From Capsulimonadales bacterium (GTDB taxonomy: Bacteria; Armatimonadota; Armatimonadia; Armatimonadales; Armatimonadaceae), in NCBI GenBank assembly GCA_033762295.1, contig JANRLW010000033.1, forward strand, positions 1-25,394: a DNA stretch of 25,394 bases. The letters run 5' to 3'. This document shows, in pieces, positions 16,112 through 24,961 of this stretch. Numbering within the stretch: position 1 is the stretch's first letter; every line of letters begins with the position of its first letter. The notes beneath the pieces were generated by a model. The model searched no databases. It was not told the DNA's origin and saw only the letters and a list, made by a program, of their open reading frames with translations. The translations under genes and the position numbers were made by a program.

Positions 16112-16969
16112 ATGTCAACCGTCGCCCGTGTCACCGTTCCGATGTTCCGCGCCCGCAAGGGTCAAACGCCGCTGGTGGTCGTGACCGCCTACGATGCGCC
16201 GCAGGGCCGTCTGGCGGACGCCGCCGGGGTGGATGCGATCCTGATCGGCGACTCGCTCGGCATGACGACTCTGGGGTACGATACCACCCTGCCGGTCACT
16301 CTGGACGACCTGATCCTGCATGCTCGCGCGGTCGCGCGCGGCCAGGCCACCCGCACGGTCGAAAAGAATGCCTCCGAGGACGCCGTACGCGGCGCGCGAC
16401 ACGCTCTTCTGGTCGGGGATCTCCCCTTCGGTTCGTACGGGATCTCCGTCGAGGACGGTGTCCGCTCCGGAGTCCGCATGATGCAGGAGGGCAACGTACA
16501 GGCGGTCAAGGTGGAGGGAGCCAGCGAAACGATCGAGGAGACGACACGGCGTCTGGTCGCTCTCGGCGTGCCGGTCATGGCTCACGTCGGACTCACCCCT
16601 CAGGCCGTTCACCGGTTCGGCGGGTTCAAAGTGCAGGGCAGAACCGACGACGAAGGGGACCGGATACTGACCGACGTCCGGCGGATGGCCGACGCCGGGG
16701 CGTTCGGTGTCGTTCTGGAACTGATGCCATCGGATCTGGCGCGACGCATCACGGCGGCGGTTCCGATACCGACCATCGGGATCGGCGCGGGGCCGGACTG
16801 CGATGGGCAGGTTCAGGTGCTGCACGACCTTCTCGGTCTTACCGACGGCCGCCTGCCACGTCATGCGCACCGTTACGTGGACGCCGCGCGCGTGATTCAA
16901 ACGGCCGTTTCGGAATATGCGGGGGACGTCCGCGCACGCCGCTTCCCGACCGCCGACAACTCCTTTTAA
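16112..16969 (+). CDS. panB: 3-methyl-2-oxobutanoate hydroxymethyltransferase
   Basis: TAYD, IGDSLGM, DLPFGSY, VKVEG, HVGLTPQ and TIGIGAG..CDGQV.V.HDLLG motifs. Confidence 0.97.
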   Translation: MSTVARVTVPMFRARKGQTPLVVVTAYDAPQGRLADAAGVDAILIGDSLGMTTLGYDTTLPVTLDDLILHARAVARGQATRTVEKNASEDAVRGARHALLVGDLPFGSYGISVEDGVRSGVRMMQEGNVQAVKVEGASETIEETTRRLVALGVPVMAHVGLTPQAVHRFGGFKVQGRTDDEGDRILTDVRRMADAGAFGVVLELMPSDLARRITAAVPIPTIGIGAGPDCDGQVQVLHDLLGLTDGRLPRHAHRYVDAARVIQTAVSEYAGDVRARRFPTADNSF

Positions 16970-16990
16970 GAATCTTCCGTCGTTCCCCGC

Positions 16991-18721
16991 CTACCGGAAG
17001 AGATAGTTCCATTGATAGGTCAGAGTCAGAGTTCGACCGGGAGGGACGACCACCTTCCAGGCGATTCTGGTGATTTTGTTATACTGAGACAGGGCCGGGT
17101 TCCGGCCACGAAAGTCCGCGATCTCCGGCGTATCGTTCGCGGGATCGAGCGGCGTCATTGTCGCCTCCGCACTGGCCGCACTTACCTCGCCGATGACGTA
17201 GCGAACCACCTCGAACGTCGAGGGACTCTTGCGGAAACTGGTCAGCGTAATCTCCCCTTTCAGATCGATCCGCGTATAGCGGACGCCATCGAACGTTGCC
17301 GCGTTGGGCGTCCGCGAGACCTCCGTATCCTCATGTTTGGCTGTCAGATCCGTGGCGTTGGTCAGCATCAAATCGGTTGTCGCACCGGAAGCCGTAAACG
17401 TCACCATATTCTGCGCGACGATGCGTCCCCCGTTCATCAGCAGAGCGGGAGCGGTCGTCAGCGGAAACGCGCTCGTATTCCGGAGCCGCCAGAGATGAAA
17501 GACGTTCGGTCGCTGCACAAGCCGTACGATCTCCCGCTCCTGCGGTGAGCCGTAAGGCTGCGGCGTCGGAACGGTGGGCGTCAACTCCAGCCGATAGATA
17601 TCCTGGTAGGGAACGGAGAAGGAGTTCACCGGCAGCGTCATACGCTCTCCCGTTTTCAGACTGATATGTTTCAGGGAAAACAGAAACAGGTCTTCGTTTT
17701 GCTCCGCGCCGGAAAATTCGGGGACCGGCGCACCCGGTTCACCGGGGTTCGACCGTTCCGGGCGAAGTCCCCTTTGCTCTCCCATTCGACTTTGGGAAAC
17801 AATCGCATTCGAGAAATTGGAAGCGGTCGGTGAATCGGGGGAGAAATACCGCGAGAGACGGGCGAACGTGTCCTGCAATCCGATGGGGTCGGGTGTATCC
17901 TTGAAGGCGAAGGTGGGTACTCCGACGACGAGATTCAGCGCGACATCGGAAAGGTCGGTCAGGTCGTTGATGAGAATCGCCTGCAGGTCGATCTTCGCCT
18001 TCCCGTTTCCATCGCCGACGATTTTATAATTGGGAATCCAGCGAAGTCCTTTCTGCAGATACATCATCCCCACTTCCGCCTCCTGATTCGCCGCCGCCGG
18101 ATCGAATCGGAGCGAAAGTGCGGGAAGCATCTCTTCCCCGGTAACGGTCGTTTTTGCCGTGGCCGGGAGCACTAACCCGGTAATCTCCGCCGCCGACAGC
18201 GGACGCAATCCGTCCGCTGTTTCCAGAAGGACCAGCACTCCGCCGAAGGGCGCCCGAAAGCCGCCCCGGAACGAGGGGTCGCCTTGCTCCCCTGGCGTGC
18301 CTTGCCCGGAGACGACCGACCGAATGGTTCCCTCGATCCAGTCACGGTCGCCGCCCGTACGAAGACGCACTTTCTGTCCGATATTCGCCTCCAGGAACTC
18401 CGATTGGACGACGGCGGAACGTTCTCGCTGCACGGTTCGGAATCCGGCGACCACCGAGCGAAGAGGAAAGTTCCGCTCGGCGGAGTAGGGCCAGAAGGTT
18501 CCGAGAACCGGGTTGGGAAGCTCCGGGAGGAAAACCGAGGCGTCCGCCCCGATTCGGACCTTGCCCTGTTTCAAAACGAACGCATGGCCGTCCTTGAAGA
18601 CCGTGACCTCGCGCACCGGCAGGGCGGGGGGCGGTTTTACGGGAGCCTTCTGAGCCGGAGCGGGCAGGGCAGGAACAAACACGCCCAGGCCGAGGAAGAA
18701 ACCGAGAAGGCCGCAGCGCAT
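16991..18721 (-). CDS. Exported DUF4139-like protein
   Basis: Signal peptide, EVTVFKDGHAF, Y...GLRWIPNY, DLFLF....ISL..GE and C-terminal W.V.VPPG....L.Y patterns. ATG 18721 has GGAGA upstream; alternative start 18751. Confidence 0.7.
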   Translation of the reverse strand: MRCGLLGFFLGLGVFVPALPAPAQKAPVKPPPALPVREVTVFKDGHAFVLKQGKVRIGADASVFLPELPNPVLGTFWPYSAERNFPLRSVVAGFRTVQRERSAVVQSEFLEANIGQKVRLRTGGDRDWIEGTIRSVVSGQGTPGEQGDPSFRGGFRAPFGGVLVLLETADGLRPLSAAEITGLVLPATAKTTVTGEEMLPALSLRFDPAAANQEAEVGMMYLQKGLRWIPNYKIVGDGNGKAKIDLQAILINDLTDLSDVALNLVVGVPTFAFKDTPDPIGLQDTFARLSRYFSPDSPTASNFSNAIVSQSRMGEQRGLRPERSNPGEPGAPVPEFSGAEQNEDLFLFSLKHISLKTGERMTLPVNSFSVPYQDIYRLELTPTVPTPQPYGSPQEREIVRLVQRPNVFHLWRLRNTSAFPLTTAPALLMNGGRIVAQNMVTFTASGATTDLMLTNATDLTAKHEDTEVSRTPNAATFDGVRYTRIDLKGEITLTSFRKSPSTFEVVRYVIGEVSAASAEATMTPLDPANDTPEIADFRGRNPALSQYNKITRIAWKVVVPPGRTLTLTYQWNYLFR

Positions 18722-18797
18722 AGAACCGTCTCCAGAGAACAAATTCGACATTGTTTCTGACGAATAGGACTCGACACCGCCTGTTCGCCTTCACGCG

Positions 18798-20549
18798 TCA
18801 GGCGGCGACGGCTTCCAGTTCGGCCCGGAACTGCTCCGCATAGAGCCGCGCATAGATGCCGCCTTCGGCGAGCAGTTCGCGATGGCTGCCCATCTCCTTG
18901 ATCTCGCCTTTTTCCATGACGACGATCTTGTCCGCCTTGACGATGGTCGACAGGCGGTGCGCGATCACGAACGACGTTCGCCCGCGCATCAGCGTGTCCA
19001 GCGCGTCCTGAATCAGCGCCTCGGTCTCCGAGTCCAGCGAGGAGGTTGCCTCGTCCAGCACGAGAATCCGCGGATCGGCGAGAATCGCGCGGGCGATCGC
19101 CATCCGCTGCTTCTCGCCTACCGACAGTTTGACCCCCTCCTCGCCGATTTTCGTCCGGTAACCGTCGGGGAGCGACTCGATCACGTGATGGATGTTCGCG
19201 GCCCGCGCCGCCGCGAACACCTCCTCATCGGTGGCCTCGAGTCGGCCATAGCGGAGGTTTTCGAGAATGGTCGTGTGGAAGAGGACGCTCTCCTGCAGGA
19301 CGACCCCGATCTGTCGGCGCAGGGATTCGAGGTGGATCTCGCGCACATCGTGACCGTCGATCGTGATCGCGCCTTTGGTCACGTCGTAATGCCGCGACAG
19401 CAGATTGATCATCGTGGTCTTGCCGCTGCCGCTGCCGCCGACGAACGCCACCAGTTCCCCCGGTTCGATTGTCAGGTCGATGCCCTTGATGACGAACTGC
19501 TCCGGTTCATAGGCGAACCACACGTTCTCGTAGCGGATATGCCCCTCGATCTTCGGAATCGGCGGGGCGTTCGGATCGGCCTTGACCGCCGGTTCGGTGT
19601 CGAGCAGGTTAAAGATACGGCGCAGACCGGACTGCGTTCGCGCGATCTGGTCGTTGAGCTGGATCAACCGGACGGTCGGGGCATAGAGGTAGTTGGTCGC
19701 CAGCAACAAAAACTCCACCAGGTCGCCGGAGCGCAATGCGCCGGAGATGACGAACTGCCCGCCCACACAGAGGATGATCGCCGTCCCGATGCCGCTGATA
19801 AACTCCGCGCGGACCCAGAGGGCGGTCCCCATTTTGCTTTGATCGACGTTCAGATTCAGGTTATCGCGGTTGAGCGAGGTATATTGCCGGATCTCCGCTC
19901 GCTCCTGCGCGTAGGATTTGACGACCTGCACGCCGGCCAGTTTCTCCTGAAGGTCCGAGTAGATGATGCCGCGCAGTTCGGAGATTTTCGTCGCGTTATC
20001 CGCCAGTTTTTTCTTGGTGATCCAGTAGTTGAGGACGTACACAGGGTAGACGGAAAGCGCGAGCAACGCCAGACGCCAGTCCTTGAAGATGAAAATGTTG
20101 ATCAGGACGCCGATCAGGGTGACGATATCCTGAATGATATTGACGAACCCGCCGGTAATCAACTGATTGACCTGTCCGACATCGTTGACGATGGTGGCGA
20201 CCAGTTTTCCCGTTTGCGATTTCTCAAAGAATCCCTGTGACAGGGCCTGAAGATGCCCGTACAGCTTGCGTCGCATGTTGTACATGAACAGCTGGCCCAG
20301 TCGTACGACCGTCGTCGACATCAGGTACCCGATACCGCCGGACAGTACCGACACTCCCATCAGCAACAGGAAGAAACGCGGGAGATCGACCGTCCCTGCC
20401 GATTTCAGCTCGAGTTCGTTGAAGAGATTACCGATCAGTCGGGGAATTTGCAGGGAAAGGATCGCATTCAGGATGGTGATTGCGCCGACAAACGCCATGG
20501 TTCCGGCGTACGGCCGGAGTTCTCGAATAAATCGGATCAGGAGTTGCAC
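18798..20549 (-). CDS. ABC exporter, fused permease/ATP-binding protein (MsbA/MdlB-like)
   Basis: N-terminal TM helices plus NBD motifs GGSGSGKT, LSVGEKQR, LDEATSSLD and IAHRLST. Confidence 0.95.
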   Translation of the reverse strand: MQLLIRFIRELRPYAGTMAFVGAITILNAILSLQIPRLIGNLFNELELKSAGTVDLPRFFLLLMGVSVLSGGIGYLMSTTVVRLGQLFMYNMRRKLYGHLQALSQGFFEKSQTGKLVATIVNDVGQVNQLITGGFVNIIQDIVTLIGVLINIFIFKDWRLALLALSVYPVYVLNYWITKKKLADNATKISELRGIIYSDLQEKLAGVQVVKSYAQERAEIRQYTSLNRDNLNLNVDQSKMGTALWVRAEFISGIGTAIILCVGGQFVISGALRSGDLVEFLLLATNYLYAPTVRLIQLNDQIARTQSGLRRIFNLLDTEPAVKADPNAPPIPKIEGHIRYENVWFAYEPEQFVIKGIDLTIEPGELVAFVGGSGSGKTTMINLLSRHYDVTKGAITIDGHDVREIHLESLRRQIGVVLQESVLFHTTILENLRYGRLEATDEEVFAAARAANIHHVIESLPDGYRTKIGEEGVKLSVGEKQRMAIARAILADPRILVLDEATSSLDSETEALIQDALDTLMRGRTSFVIAHRLSTIVKADKIVVMEKGEIKEMGSHRELLAEGGIYARLYAEQFRAELEAVAA

Positions 20550-20657
20550 CCCGGGGTCTCCTGTCCCGGCAGCAGATTGGACGGCATCGCGTCTGGAGGT
20601 TTGCCGCCGCGCCGGTAAGGTTCATTCTACCATGGGCGCGACCGATCCCCTTCCGAT

Positions 20658-20686
20658 TTGTCGTCGCCGTCGAAATCCTTTATACT
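20658..20686 (+). promoter_or_regulatory. sigma70 promoter of the his cluster (near-leaderless)
   Basis: TTGTCG (20658-20663), 17-nt spacer, TATACT (20681-20686). The hisB ATG follows 8 nt later. Confidence 0.7.
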
Positions 20687-20694
20687 GATCGGAG

Positions 20695-21300
20695 ATGGAC
20701 GCCTCGACACCCTTTTCACGGACCGCTTCGATCCGGCGGACGACCCGGGAAACCGCGATTACGCTGACCCTCGATCTCGACGGGGACGGCAACAGCCGGA
20801 TCTCGACCGGCGTCGGATTTTTCGACCACATGCTGACCCACATCGCTCGCCACGGCTTGCTGTCGCTCGACCTCGAAGCGCAGGGCGATCTGCAAGTCGA
20901 CGATCACCATACGGTCGAGGATGTCGGGATCGTCCTCGGGCAGGCGTTGCGCGAGGCGGTCGGCGACAAGCGGGGCATGGTCCGTTACGGGTCCTCCCTG
21001 ATGCCGATGGACGAAACCCTGGTCCTGTGCGCTCTGGACTTCTCCGGACGGGGTGGCCTGTATTTCGAGATGGCCTTTCCGGACCCGCGCATCGGTACGT
21101 TCGCCAGCGAACTGACGGAGGAGTTCTTCCGTGCGGTCGCGGTCAACGCCGGCATGACCCTGCATCTTCGTCTCCTGACCGGGAGAAACGCCCACCATAT
21201 CGCGGAAGGCGCTTTCAAGGCGTTCGGTCGCGCTCTGGACGCCGCCACACGTCTCGACGACCGCATCACCGGTATTCCCTCGACCAAAGGAGTGCTTTAG
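20695..21300 (+). CDS. hisB: Imidazoleglycerol-phosphate dehydratase
   Basis: R.T.ET.I, TG.GFFDHML, DDHHTVED, PMDE, N.HH..E..FKA and PSTKG.L motifs. Confidence 0.97.
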   Translation: MDASTPFSRTASIRRTTRETAITLTLDLDGDGNSRISTGVGFFDHMLTHIARHGLLSLDLEAQGDLQVDDHHTVEDVGIVLGQALREAVGDKRGMVRYGSSLMPMDETLVLCALDFSGRGGLYFEMAFPDPRIGTFASELTEEFFRAVAVNAGMTLHLRLLTGRNAHHIAEGAFKAFGRALDAATRLDDRITGIPSTKGVL

Positions 21301-21302
21301 CC

Positions 21303-21941
21303 ATGCCTTCGATTGCCATCATCGACTATGGCGTCGGTAACCTCCGTTCGGTCGGGAAAGCGTTCGAGGCCGCCGGTCACCCGGCCTGTATCACCCGAGA
21401 CCCTTCCGTCATTCGCGCGGCCAGCCACGTGGTGCTTCCCGGTGTCGGCGCGTTCGGCGCGGCGGCGGCAACGTTGCGGTCGGTCGGGTTGGAGCCGGTC
21501 GCCCTGGAAGCGGCGCGTTCGGGCAAACCGTTCCTCGGGATCTGCGTCGGAATGCAGCTTCTCTTCACCGAGAGCGAGGAGATGGGCGTTTATCGCGGCC
21601 TCGATCTGATCCCCGGCCGCGTCCTCCGGTTTCACGAGACGAATCTGGGACCGGCGGCCTGCGGTGTGAAAGTCCCGCAGATCGGCTGGAACGGGTTGTC
21701 GTTCGTCCGCCCGGATTGTCCGCTGTTCGCCGGTCTGGACGAGGGAGCCATGGTCTATTTCGTGCATTCGTTCTACTGCGCTCCGTCGGACCCGGACGCG
21801 GTCGCGGCGACCACGGACTATATCGCGCCGTACTGCTCCGTCGTGGCCTCCGGGAACCTCTTCGGCGTTCAGTTTCACCCGGAGAAAAGCAGCGCGGTCG
21901 GACTGAAATTACTGGATAATTTTGCGAGGCTGAATGTTTGA
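21303..21941 (+). CDS. hisH: Imidazole glycerol phosphate synthase, glutaminase subunit
   Basis: IIDYG.GNL.SV, LPGVGAF, LGICVGMQLL, VPQIGWN, YFVHSF and QFHPEKS motifs. True start is ATG 21303. Confidence 0.97.
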   Translation: MPSIAIIDYGVGNLRSVGKAFEAAGHPACITRDPSVIRAASHVVLPGVGAFGAAAATLRSVGLEPVALEAARSGKPFLGICVGMQLLFTESEEMGVYRGLDLIPGRVLRFHETNLGPAACGVKVPQIGWNGLSFVRPDCPLFAGLDEGAMVYFVHSFYCAPSDPDAVAATTDYIAPYCSVVASGNLFGVQFHPEKSSAVGLKLLDNFARLNV

Positions 21942-22659
21942 CATCATTCCGGCGATCGACCTGCGGGACGGTCAGGCGGTCCGTCTGAAACGCGGCGACT
22001 TCGATCAGGAGGAGAGGGTGGCGGAGGACCCGGTGGCGGTCGCTCGTTCGTTCGCCGAGCAGGGAGCGCCGCGCATTCATGTCGTGGATCTGGACGCATC
22101 GCGCACGGGGGTTCCGCATGAAGGCGCGCTGATCCGGGAGATCGTCGGCGCGGTATCGGTCCCCGTCCAGGTGGGAGGCGGCGTCCGATCCTTGGCCCGT
22201 ATCGAGGAGTTGCTGGAGCTGGGGGTCGCGCGGGTGATTGTCGGGACGTCGGCGGCCCGGAGCGCCGGCCTGGCGCGCGAGATGTTGTCGATGTTTGCGG
22301 AGAGCCTCATTATCGGAGCGGACGCGAAGGACGGTCAGGTCGCCGTCCAGGGGTGGCTGGAGACGACCGGCGAGCCCGTAGCCGATTTCGGACGCCGCAT
22401 GGTCGACCTGGGCGCGCGGCGTTTTCTGATTACCGATGTCAGCCGGGATGGAATGCTGGAAGGCGTCAACCTGGCCGCGACGAGAGCGTTTGCCCGGGCG
22501 GTCGGGGTTCCGGTCATCGCCTCGGGCGGAGTCGCCGACATTTCCGATGTGGAAAACCTCGTCAAAGCGCAACCGGAGGGCATCGAAGGAGTCATTATTG
22601 GCAAGGCGATCTATGCGGGTCGCGTCACACTTTCCGACGCTCTGCGCGTCGCGCGATAA
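21934..22659 (+). CDS. hisA: ProFAR isomerase
   Basis: IIPAIDL.DG.AVRL..G, HVVDLD, QVGGG.R, TD.SRDGML.G.N, IASGG and GKAIY motifs. Confidence 0.97.
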   Translation: MFDIIPAIDLRDGQAVRLKRGDFDQEERVAEDPVAVARSFAEQGAPRIHVVDLDASRTGVPHEGALIREIVGAVSVPVQVGGGVRSLARIEELLELGVARVIVGTSAARSAGLAREMLSMFAESLIIGADAKDGQVAVQGWLETTGEPVADFGRRMVDLGARRFLITDVSRDGMLEGVNLAATRAFARAVGVPVIASGGVADISDVENLVKAQPEGIEGVIIGKAIYAGRVTLSDALRVAR

Positions 22660-22668
22660 GGAAACGGC

Positions 22669-23022
22669 ATGGACATGGAGTGGCTGGTCGGACTGGTAGC
22701 GGTATTCCTCCTGTTCGGCGGTGGTAACATTTTGAAAACCTGGATTGAGGCCCGCGCCGAGATCGAGCGTATCAAGGTGCAACAGGGCGTTCAGCGCGAT
22801 GGGTCGTCGAATGATGCCGTGCTCCAGGCCATTCAGGAACTGCGCCGGGAGGTCACGGAACTCCGCGAGACCACGACCCGGTTCGACATGAGTTTCGACG
22901 CCGCAATCACGAGCCTGGAAACGCGTGTGGAGAAAGTCGAAAACACGCTGTCCGATTCCACGCAATACGGCACACGCCCTGCCAGCATCACCGAAGAACC
23001 GCTGACGCTGCGTCGGGGCTGA
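22669..23022 (+). CDS. Membrane-anchored coiled-coil protein, paralog 1 of 3
   Basis: N-terminal TM helix and the motif ELRETTTRFDMSFDAAI..LE.R. AAGGA RBS at the hisA stop. Confidence 0.8.
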   Translation: MDMEWLVGLVAVFLLFGGGNILKTWIEARAEIERIKVQQGVQRDGSSNDAVLQAIQELRREVTELRETTTRFDMSFDAAITSLETRVEKVENTLSDSTQYGTRPASITEEPLTLRRG

Positions 23023-23041
23023 TTTTCGAAAGGTTTTCCGA

Positions 23042-23389
23042 ATGGATCACGGAACGATTGCACTCTTTATTCCGATCGTCGCTTTGTTTATCCCGATTTC
23101 GGCGATCTGGACCCATCACCTGCGGCAGATGGCGGAAATCAAAGCGCAGCAGGGAAAGACGATCGCACCGGACGTGCGTCAGGATCTGAATGAGATCAAG
23201 CAGCAGTTATCGGAACTTCGCGACACCACGACCCGGTTCGACATGAGTTTCGACGCCGCGATCACGACGCTGGAACGGCGTATGGACAATTTCGAGCAGG
23301 CGCAGGGGCAGATCCCGCCGCTACCGCATCGAGTCACGGTCGCCGGTGCGGAGGAGACACCCGTTGTTCTTCAAAAGGGAGGAAGGTAA
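23042..23389 (+). CDS. Membrane-anchored coiled-coil protein, paralog 2 of 3 (PspB-like architecture)
   Basis: TM segment IALFIPIVALFIPISAIWTHH and the motif ELRDTTTRFDMSFDAAI..LERR. Confidence 0.8.
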   Translation: MDHGTIALFIPIVALFIPISAIWTHHLRQMAEIKAQQGKTIAPDVRQDLNEIKQQLSELRDTTTRFDMSFDAAITTLERRMDNFEQAQGQIPPLPHRVTVAGAEETPVVLQKGGR

Positions 23390-23399
23390 CCACACAACC

Positions 23400-23738
23400 A
23401 TGGAACCACCGGAGTTTCTGCTGGCGCTCGTCGGAATTTTCGGGGGCACCGCCTTTCTGCTTTCGCCGGCGTTCATCGTCAAGACGGTCCTGCAGCATCG
23501 TGAGCGGATGGCGTCCATGAAGTACGGGGTGGAAGGGTCTCCGGCGTTGCAGGAGGAGATCCGTCGACTGCGCCAGGAGGTCGCGGAACTGCGCGAGACC
23601 ACCACCCGCTTCGACATGAGCTTCGATGCCGGGCTTGCCCGTGTCGAGGATCGTCTTGGGGTTGTGGAGCAGGAGCAGTCTCGCACCCGTTATACCGCGC
23701 CGTCGTCGGTCGATACGATCGAAATCGGCCGGCGTTAA
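23400..23738 (+). CDS. Membrane-anchored coiled-coil protein, paralog 3 of 3
   Basis: ATG 23400 follows GGAGGAAGG. TM helix and the motif ELRETTTRFDMSFDAGL..VE.R. Confidence 0.8.
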   Translation: MEPPEFLLALVGIFGGTAFLLSPAFIVKTVLQHRERMASMKYGVEGSPALQEEIRRLRQEVAELRETTTRFDMSFDAGLARVEDRLGVVEQEQSRTRYTAPSSVDTIEIGRR

Positions 23739-23751
23739 GGCGAGGGATTAA

Positions 23752-24042
23752 TCACCGGACGAGTTGGTAACGACGTGGTTTTTGTTTTCCTCGACGGCGA
23801 CGTTGAGGACGGCCCCCTATCGGACCGTGCGGCGTGAAGAACGGCTGCTCCACAATGTCGGTCCGGTTTTCCACCGAAAGCATTCCAAGAAACACCTGAA
23901 ACGAAGGGACAACAAGCTCGGTGATCGGTTTTCCGTCCCTTGAACGTTCGACGACATGAGGTTTCGGCTTTTGTTCCTTTTGAACGGGTTGGTAATCGAA
24001 GCAGAGCATGTCGCCGGCGAATAGAACAGCGAACGGCCACAA
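23752..24042 (-). pseudogene. Remnant of an SMI1/KNR4 (SUKH) immunity protein, C-terminal half only
   Basis: PFAVLFAGDMLCFDY...P.VV...TELVVPSF..FL.ML resembles the SUKH C-terminal pattern. The frame is closed upstream inside the palindrome at 24041-24083. Confidence 0.6.
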
Positions 24043-24083
24043 CCTGCGTAAACCTCCACTAGTAGTGAAGGTTTACGCAGGTT
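24041..24083. repeat. 43-bp near-perfect palindrome
   Basis: AACCTGCGTAAACCTCCACT-AGT-AGTGAAGGTTTACGCAGGTT: 20-bp arms with one mismatch. Confidence 0.9.
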
Positions 24084-24728
24084 TTAGCCAGGACGAAGAA
24101 TCCGCATTAATCGTTCGTCTATTTTCTTTTCTTGCTCCAAATCGATCGGAGCAAGGGACATAGCAATCCGACACCCTGTATGTACGACGTCAGCAAGAAA
24201 GTCCGTGTCCCTCAAGATTTTGAGGATCTCAGATACGCTGCGATTGAAAAATCGCTGACATAGGATTTCATCGCAAAAGACAACTTGGTGAATTCTATCG
24301 ATACCGAATCTGGAATCGACGCGCCGATTGTTATCGGTATCCAGAAACACTCGTTTATCGCCGATATAGCCATAGTAGCCGTTGAACGCGACGAGCAGAG
24401 TTGGAAACACTTCCAAAACTAATTGGCTAAACTCGACTTGACTTTGTCGGAAGTTATACCAAAATATATCGTCATAACGCGCTTGATCCTTGAGGTCTAA
24501 CCTTGAATGGTATAAAACGTTCGCCCGAAAACCTTTAGCCAGACCTGCAGACAAGTTCTGGCCCACTGAAGGCCATCGGTCAGACTTCGGCAAAGGTCTA
24601 ACTTTCGCAGGGTCTAGCCTCCAAGGGTCTTCCAGTTGGGTAAGCGCAGTGATGAACCGAGCGTGTTTCTCATCTATGGATTCTCTTCGTTCGGGACGCG
24701 ACGCCAAGAAAAGTTCAAAATTCGACAT
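24084..24728 (-). CDS. Low-GC hypothetical protein, probable cognate immunity protein
   Basis: Intact 214-aa ORF. Its ATG overlaps the stop of the upstream toxin-like fragment (TAATG). Base composition is atypical for the window. Confidence 0.6.
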   Translation of the reverse strand: MSNFELFLASRPERRESIDEKHARFITALTQLEDPWRLDPAKVRPLPKSDRWPSVGQNLSAGLAKGFRANVLYHSRLDLKDQARYDDIFWYNFRQSQVEFSQLVLEVFPTLLVAFNGYYGYIGDKRVFLDTDNNRRVDSRFGIDRIHQVVFCDEILCQRFFNRSVSEILKILRDTDFLADVVHTGCRIAMSLAPIDLEQEKKIDERLMRILRPG

Positions 24729-24961
24729 TATGGTTCCACCAATCTGACCGAAATTTGAGGATGCTGACTCAATCCCGCTTTACGCAGAACCCACGATATA
24801 TTGCTTATGCCTTTTTGGGAAGGTGTCTCGATTCTCAAGGAATAGTCAGGGTTCTCCTCCAACGCAAGTGCTACTCGCTGGACTCCGCGGATCGCTTTTG
24901 GAGTTCCTGGGAGGCTCAACTTCCTGTCAAAAAACGTTTTCCGTCGATACCATCGAACTTA
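24728..24961 (-). pseudogene. C-terminal remnant of a restriction-endonuclease-fold (PD-(D/E)xK-like) polymorphic toxin, frameshifted and truncated by IS630
   Basis: Joining two frames across the homopolymer runs at about 24929-24940 gives KFDGIDGK(T/R)FFDRKLSLPGTPKA...ALEEN...RIETP...ISVRLVEP. The FDG..DxK pattern is nuclease-like. Confidence 0.55.

Noticed and set aside
20658..21302. Apparent 427-aa fusion ORF ending in HisH
   Set aside because: The upstream part overlaps hisB in another frame. HisH starts at ATG 21303.
24041..24090. Integron attC site
   Set aside because: The ends do not fit RYYYAAC/GTTRRRY, there are no extrahelical bases, and no integrase or second site is present.
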